A DNA stretch of 64,000 nt from assembly GCF_040938485.1 (NCBI RefSeq), contig NW_027271750.1:186001-250000 (forward strand), given 5' to 3'. Source of the DNA: Diadema antillarum (lineage: Eukaryota). A model generated the notes under the pieces. The model searched no databases. It saw only the letters and a list, made by a program, of their open reading frames with translations, and had not been told where the DNA came from. This document shows positions 56,869 to 64,000 of the stretch, piece by piece (positions within the stretch are counted from its first letter, which is position 1; each line of letters opens with the position of its first letter). The position numbers and the translations under genes were made by a program.

Positions 56869-59144
56869 TTAAGTGTTAAATCGACGAAAACGGGTGAATT
56901 CAGTGGGAGTTAAAAGATGGCACCAGCTATTTTAACGAATCAGTGACGATCAGACTCCGCGATTTTCACACGCTCTCGTAGCGAAGACCTTGTTTGTCTG
57001 CCCAAAATAGATAGACTGTGATAACTTTAATGACGAGCCACATACCTTTATCGGTAGAGTCCGTACGAAACATAGAAAAACAGTGCATTGGCTGCACTTT
57101 GATGACTGGGTGACGCAACAATGCTTTTTTACACACTCTATCGGATCCATAACACATTGCAACTAAACCTAGAAGCGGCGCCGCACGCTTCGGTCAACAG
57201 GTTAGTAGATTAAAGGTTCAAGAAATACACTCTGAATACAAGTGGCCGGGGTAGGGATAGGGGTGCGAGAGGGTGGTATAAGGGGGTGGAGGTTTGAAAG
57301 GATGTGGTCCGAGGAATATTGACTGATGCAAGGAGAAATGAACGACCAATGATGAAAGCATGTAAATTTTAGTATTAAACCTCAACACCTTTTCTACTTT
57401 GATGAAACTTCGATCATTCCGTCCGTCTGTTGTTTGTTTGTTTGTTTGTTGTTGCTGTTGTTGTTTTGCAATATCTGTCACAGTCGACTTGAACTTGGAG
57501 TAGTGTTGTATTTTCACAAGACGTATTAGTCTGCGAAAATGAGTTGTGCAATGTAATGTCACCGATACAATCATAGCAAGTATCTTCAGTATCAAGTTGA
57601 TACCTAAAAAATTACGTATGAACCATTTTCGCCCTTTAAATATTACAGGTAATACAGAATCCGTTTAGGATTCAGAGATACAAAGTTAGACATGAAGCAC
57701 ATGTTTGATTAGTTTAATACTTTGCCAAGTTGGATGACAGTTATAATATATGAGGTATTGTAAAATGTTATGTTGATAGCTTTTGTCGTCTTACAGATCA
57801 GATCTAACCAGGTAATGAAAAGCTCTACATTATGTCCCTACAATTCGAGAAGGCCCATTCACAATACTTATAAAAAAGGGGTGAAATTCCTTATATTCAA
57901 TTCGGGGCCTATCAGGGGATCACAACACATTCCTTATTCAGTTGCCCTAACTGACAGCCGGACATTTGTAAATGTTTATGACAAAATCTTATTGTTGCGT
58001 TTCATTCAATCCAAAATACAATGCCTAGGATGTTTGTTTTTTTTTAAACTGATTTAAACTCGAAATGACCTGCAGAGTATATACTCCTTGCATATAGCGT
58101 TATACCAACAAGACAACATAACTGCAGGTGTTCATGCAATCAGTGCAATGCCCCATCAAGTCAAATCAGCTTTAACAAACTTTGAAAATTAAACAAACAG
58201 AACGGACCAGGTTTCATGAAAGTGTATTGACGGAAGTAATTAATTTCATTTTCAAGCATAAAACGTTTTCAAGAAACGGTGATATTAGTAAGAACCAAGA
58301 ACAAACTACATTAATCATATCATATGAGATGGTAATATCATAATTTCATAGATTTCTCATTCACCTGTACCTACAAAATTCACCAATCTTACTTATTTCC
58401 ACATGAAATCAATAAAACAAAAATACTCAATAAAAATCTTACATTAATTTTTGTTGTGTTGCATTTCACCATAGTAGTTACAAATTCCAGGGGAAAAGGT
58501 TGCAGTTGCGAATCATTGGCCCAAAACATGTTATTCTTATTCTTATCCTTATTCTTCTTGTTATCATTATCATTATGATTAGTAGTAGTAGTAGTAGTAG
58601 TAGCAGCAGTAGTAGCAATTATGTTTTTGTGAAAAAGTAATGAGAGAATATGAATCATGATATCGTCACCTCAGCTAATTTTCATATAGTAGTTGCGTCC
58701 AAAATAACTTTATTCGGTAAATTATATCTAAAACTGTAAAAATTGCTGTAACTTTTTTTTTGTGCAAGTGCGTTAATCATTCTCTCCGTCTGATATTCTC
58801 GCCCACTCAGTTCATATCTTCGTTACTTTGTCATTCAATGTGAAATGTATTCTTCGCTTTCATTCTCTAGTTTGTTTGCTTGTTTACTCATTTATTTATT
58901 TATTTGTTTGTTTCCTTTTAATTTTACTTTGATTTCTCGTTTCCGGTTAACTTCTCTTCTCTTCCTCAGGATGTTGATAAGATTGTTGTTGTTGTTGCTG
59001 CTGCTGCTGTTTTTCTTCTATTCTGATCACTCTTGTGTGGCTTACGTTTCTTCTCTTTTCCTCAGGATGCTACTCAAATTGTGATTATTTTGTGTTTATT
59101 CTGATCCGGCGCACCTGGTTTGCGTCTCTTCTCTTTTCCTTTCC

Positions 59145-59175
<31 letters not shown>

Positions 59176-59243
59176 TCGTGAAGGGTGCTCCTCTAATCGT
59201 TGATCTCTAATTTCTGGTGTTCTTTTCTTCTTCTTCTTTCCAG

Positions 59244-59326
59244 GATGCTGCTCAAATATGAAGGAACCAAGGTGACGCTAACCGGAACTGGTCTGTTGTA
59301 TGATGAATTTCTAGCTAAACTTGGGG
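59244..59326 (+). CDS. COTL1: Coactosin-like coding exon 2: (W)MLLKYEGTKVTLTGTGLLYDEFLAKLG; later exons lie beyond the window
   Basis: Long pyrimidine tract and ccag acceptor; G completes TGG; donor GGG|GTGAGT. KYEG...G..YxEF spacing fits coactosin better than drebrin/Abp1. Confidence 0.82.
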
Positions 59327-61826
59327 GTGAGTTGTACAAGTTTTACCTAGGTGTGTCTAGAGTAAATTGTAGTTTTTCATCCATTTGAAATATTATCAGG
59401 GTGCCACAGGATATGGTCTCACAAGCAAACAAGTTTGCAATGAAAGATTTCAAACTTCCGTCAAAGACGTTGCCTTAAAACGAGTCTCTTGGGAAGTTTT
59501 GGATCACGGGTCAAAGGTCAAGGATAAGAAGGTCAGGCTGAAATACTAGAATTACGCTATTCGATGCGGAAATTGGAATATTTTCTGCTTACCTTAAAAA
59601 TGACTCAATGTATACACTTAATTTCTTTTTCATCTAATCAAAATGGCTCAAAGTATTGTCATGAAAATTATGTGCATAGGCCCTATATGTTATCAGATAA
59701 AGATTATTTGGGGTAGAATGTGAGCCGTGGGTCAAAGGTCAAGGGTCATAGGTCAAACGAAACTTGGTTCAAGGAATGTATACATAACCACTAGACACAT
59801 TTTGGGGTTGTGCCATCAAACTTTTAAGCATGTCATTTCAGTTTTTTTGTGGAGGCTCCTATTGATCTGAATTAGGAATATTCGAGTTATGAAGAGTTGT
59901 TATAAAAAAAATATTTCTTACTGCGTTATCCAAACAAGGTGGCGAAACTAATATCATGTGCTTTTCAAAAAATGTTATTTCTAAACAGATGAAAATTTTT
60001 GACATTATGAATATCTCCCAACTTGAGGTCCCTCTGAAGAAAATAACGTTTATGTTCTTCTCACCCAAATCTTTACTCATAAATCTATGAAAAAGAGAAA
60101 AGAATCATGATGAGGACCTTGTAAGCTACTCAAAAAGAACATTGAAAGTTTGAATTGGGCAAAAGATAAACAAAGCCATGGAGTTTAATTGATTCTAAAA
60201 GGTTGTAGCTACAAAATATCGCCTTAAATGCGATATTTCTAGTAGGCTTCAGTTTTCAAGCGTGCAGAATGGTACCGGTATATGGGTTGTATCAGGGAGG
60301 TGTAATCGGGAGCTTCAAACACAGGCTCCTTGTATTGAAGGTACTACAGTGTAGTACAAAGTGTATCAGAGTATCTGGCTGGGGAATCTAGCAACGGCAC
60401 CTGATTTTCGGCCCCGTACATACAAGGCAGGGCTTAAGACGTACAGTATATGATATTCGCCTTTGTGTTGTGATATGTAACGTGATAAAATAACGACAGT
60501 GCCATGGAAAAACAGCGCCTTTTTGTCACATCAATTTATTATGTAAACCAAATACTGGTTAAGTGATGGCGGATCGCTAACATGCTGCTCTTTAATGGGC
60601 AGAACATTATGGGATGTCCGCCAATGGTAGAGTTTTTTTTTTTTTCGCGCAATCAAGTCGCAAACAATACCAATCGATGAAATGATGATGATTTTAACGC
60701 CGTAGACAGAGTTGAGTTTCGTATTCTGTGCACATAAAGCTACATTCTAAGCGATTGATATTTTGCGTCGCTTTGTGGTAAAGTGATGTATCAGGAAGCA
60801 GCGAGATATGCTATTGGTTAGCATAGTTTGCTAACCTTGGCTATTATAATACAGATAATGACTGGCTAATATGCAGAATGTTACAACCTCGGAGTTTGGC
60901 AGGAATGCTATAAACGTCCCGTGTTGAAGGCGAGGGACATGTAACCTTCTGCAATAGTGCCGTTTGGAGTTCAGAGCAGTAAGTGCAGATAATTATGCGC
61001 CACGATTGCTGCTATTTATTACGCTAACTCGTTCTCTAGATATTCTGAAATCTCTTCAGACTTTCCCCACTGTTGATATATTCAAATCTAAAATAGGTAT
61101 ACTAGTAGGCCTACTTGTAAAGTCACTGCCCTCTGATACGATTTTTTTTTTGGTCAATGATTAATAATAATCTGTATTGTTGTGGTTATACTTTAATTAT
61201 AGCAGGTTATATAGGTCTAAGCTGCGGGTTGTTTTCCCCCTTCTTTTTCCCTTACTTCTTTTCCTCTCGAAACTTGAATGTACCAATTGTAATATGCGAT
61301 TTTTAGTTCAATTTATGTATTTTATGTTTTATATCGTGTTTGTAATTTTGACGTTTTGGACCACACGGAAGGCCAGCGATGTCATGTTGGCATCGCTGAA
61401 TATGGAGTATCCAGCCGTTGTCTTTTATACGAAAAATAACAAAAATCAATCAGACTTTTCGCAGGTGTTAATAGGTTTTCCTGGGAAACATGGTTAACAT
61501 ATGAGCACCTAAGGTTCATGACTTGCCGATTCTATGCTAACGAGTTTGTCCCCCCCCCCCCCCCACACTAAACTAAATGCACAGTAATGAGGACATGGAA
61601 TACAATAACATCAGAATGCCCCCCAAAAAGAATATGAATACATTTAAAGTGATTAAAATGCAACGATACCCATGTAGTTATTCAAATGAAGGAATTCTTG
61701 CGTCGAGTTGTTTTTAATGCACCTGATTGACAAATCGCTCTTCCTCTTCATAAATAGCATCGATTATTCAGTGTTTTAGAAGTAGCTATGATTGAAAAAA
61801 TAATGATAAAATTAATGGACATACAT

Positions 61827-61901
61827 ACTCCGGTTGGGTTCGAACCAATGATCTCCTGATTACCGGACAGGCATCGTATCCACTTAGACTACCGAGCTTC
61901 C
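61827..61901 (-). mobile_element. tRNA-like SINE head
   Basis: Minus strand has A box TAGTCTAAGTGG and B box GGTTCGAACCC, but the cloverleaf is imperfect. Confidence 0.6.
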
Positions 61902-61967
61902 GCCTGATTTCCAGCACTGGTTCTAATTCATTAGCATCCAGCAGGTAGCCCTGCGTATCTAAATTGA

Positions 61968-63700
61968 TGAATTCTTGTGTCGAGTTGTGTGTTTTTTTGT
62001 TTTTTGTTTGTTACGTCAATGCAATCTAACCATGGGTTGCAATATTTCATGTGTTTCATGACTATCAAGCTTTGTCTATAGTAACTGAAAGCACGAGTTT
62101 TCTCCCACCAATGTCATCATGAATTCCAATTGTAAATCGGTGTTCTATAGAATGTTTTATGAACTATACACAATGGAATTCCTCGATTAACTTGCTCATA
62201 AGTGCTTACCATTTTCAATTTCGTTGTACAAAGGGACTGTCCTTGATCGGTCGCTTAGCCATGCAAACCGCCACCGAATGATCTTTTTTTTTTTTCGGCT
62301 TACATTTTTTTAAAATCTGCTGCCTATAGGGCTATTCATAATGATACATACATTTGACTTTCATCACCCAGAGCCTTCCGTGATGATGTGTACATCCGAA
62401 ATAATATTTCCGTCTGCCCAGTTTAAGTGAACGCCAATTAACTTGCTCAAAAGTGATTACTATTTTCAATTTCGTTTTATAAAGAGACTGTCTTCGATCG
62501 GTCGCTAAGACATTCAAACCGCCACCGAAATATCTTATTTTTTTTTTTAGGGGGGGGGGGGGGGGGCTTACATTTTAATCTGCTGTCTCAGACTGTTGAA
62601 AATAATGCATACTAGTACACTTGACTTTCATCACCTGGTTAAAGGAAACCAAAACCTAAAGAGAAGTGTGGATTGATTGAAAGTCAGCAACATTAGTAGA
62701 ACACATCAGTGAAAGTTTGAGGAAAATCGGACAATCGATGCAAAAGTTATGAATTTTTAAAGCTTTGGTGTTGGAACCGTTGGATGAGGAGACTAATATA
62801 GGTTATGACGTCATATGTGGACAACAATATAAATAAAATATAATGGGAATTCCACACACACACAAATCACTTTTCTAGCATAATGAAAGAGCACTTGAGT
62901 AACCGCTTTCAGAAAGCAGGGGGAATAGCTGCTACACTTAACGTATATGTCAGTATCAAGTTGATGGAATGTGTAATTTTCCTGAAAAATGAATTTCTGT
63001 GGAATTCTCTTTATATTTTCTTTGTATTGTTGTCCACATATGACGTCATGAACTCCAGTAGTCTCCTCATCCAGCGGTTCTAACACCAAAACTTTAAAAA
63101 TTCATAACTTTTGCATCGATTGTCCGATTTTCCTCAAACTTTCACTGATGTGTTCTAATAATTGCTTTCATTCAATCCACATTTCTCTTTGGGTTTGGGG
63201 TTCCTTTAACGAATTCTTGCGTCGAGTTGGTTGTTGTTGTTGTTGTTGTTTTGTCACGTCAATGCAATTTGCCCATCGGTTGCAATATTTTGTGTGTTTT
63301 ATATTGACTATCAAGCTTTGTCTTATAGTAATTGAAAGCACGAGTTTACTCCTTCTAATGTCATAATCACGAATTCCAATTGTAACTCGGTGTTCTATAA
63401 TGTTTTAGGAACTATCAGACAATGGAAATCCTCAATTAACTCGCTCATAAGTGCTTACCATTTTCAGTTTCGCCATATAAAGAGACTGTCCTTGATCGGT
63501 AGCTTAGCCATGCAAACCGCCACCAAAAGATCTTCTTTTTTTTCCGGCTTACCTACATTTTTAATGTGCTGTCTCAAGCTGCTTCGTAATGATGTATACA
63601 CTTGACTTTCATCACCTGGTTAATGTTCAAAGCCTTCCGTGATGATATTGTGTACATCTGAAATAATATTTCAAACTGCCCAGTTTAAATGGACGCCAAA
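61968..63700. repeat. Local segmental duplication (61968-62450 vs 63211-63700, plus a third ~200-bp core at 62437-62642) flanking a Kolobok insertion
   Basis: Shared strings such as TTAACTTGCTCATAAGTGCTTACCATTTTCA...GATCGGTCGCTTAGCCATGCAAACCGCCACC occur three times. Confidence 0.85.
62643..63205. mobile_element. Kolobok-type element with >200-bp TIRs
   Basis: TTAA|AGGAAACCAAAACC ... GGGTTTGGGGTTCCT|TTAA; same family as 13324-13892. Confidence 0.85.
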
Positions 63701-64000
63701 GCGTCGGTTGCAATTGGTTGAGACCTAACTTCAGGTTTTCAACATTTTTGAAGAAATAATAAGAAACTTTTATGACATATGAAAGAGCAAGTTATTCCAA
63801 GAGGAATCCAGTATTTATCATTTGATGAAAATTTGTTTTAAAATGGCTGAGATTTCCAAAACAGAGCAATCCCAATAAAAGGTGGGGCCTACTGTTAGTT
63901 ACGTTTGCTTTGTTTTACTGTGTTTTTGGATGTCTCGGCCATTCCAAAACCAATTTTCATCAAAAAAAAACACCTCTGATTCCTCTTAGACTGGTATGCC

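Noticed and set aside
60270-60395. Short frame containing KCIRVSGWG, reminiscent of trypsin-like proteases
   Set aside because: Only a five-residue resemblance, no catalytic motifs and no splice sites.
61827-61901. tRNA gene
   Set aside because: Acceptor and anticodon stems are imperfect and U33 is absent; better explained as a SINE head.

Overview
AT-rich, repeat-laden animal genomic DNA with spliceosomal introns and three N-gaps (5578-5712, 50277-50451, 52394-52550). The repeat families and gene content suggest a sea urchin or other invertebrate deuterostome; this is an inference. Three protein-coding genes were rebuilt by hand on the + strand. (1) A complete 10-exon LRP12/LRP3/LRP10-family receptor (signal peptide-CUB-LDLa2-CUB-LDLa3-TM-acidic tail, 886 aa, 4978-26845). 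(2) A two-coding-exon orphan rhodopsin-class peptide-receptor-like GPCR (41315-47655), whose real N-terminus lies 5 kb upstream of the ORF-track call. (3) The first two coding exons of a coactosin-like (COTL1, ADF-H) gene (51358-59326), which continues past the window end. The rest is mostly non-autonomous DNA transposons (hAT, Harbinger, Kolobok, Tc1/mariner, CACTA-like, Helentron-type), SINE/LINE relics and microsatellites. The most interesting unexplained signals are: a CpG-island-like internal promoter with a consensus splice donor inside the LRP intron 3; an unidentified, decayed coding relic antisense in the coactosin intron; tandemly duplicated decoy splice acceptors ahead of coactosin exon 2; a signal-peptide-like N-terminal exon on the GPCR; and a long intronic hairpin with a Pol III B-box in its loop. 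I found no clear novel multi-gene system. No databases were searched, and all coordinates were read by eye.
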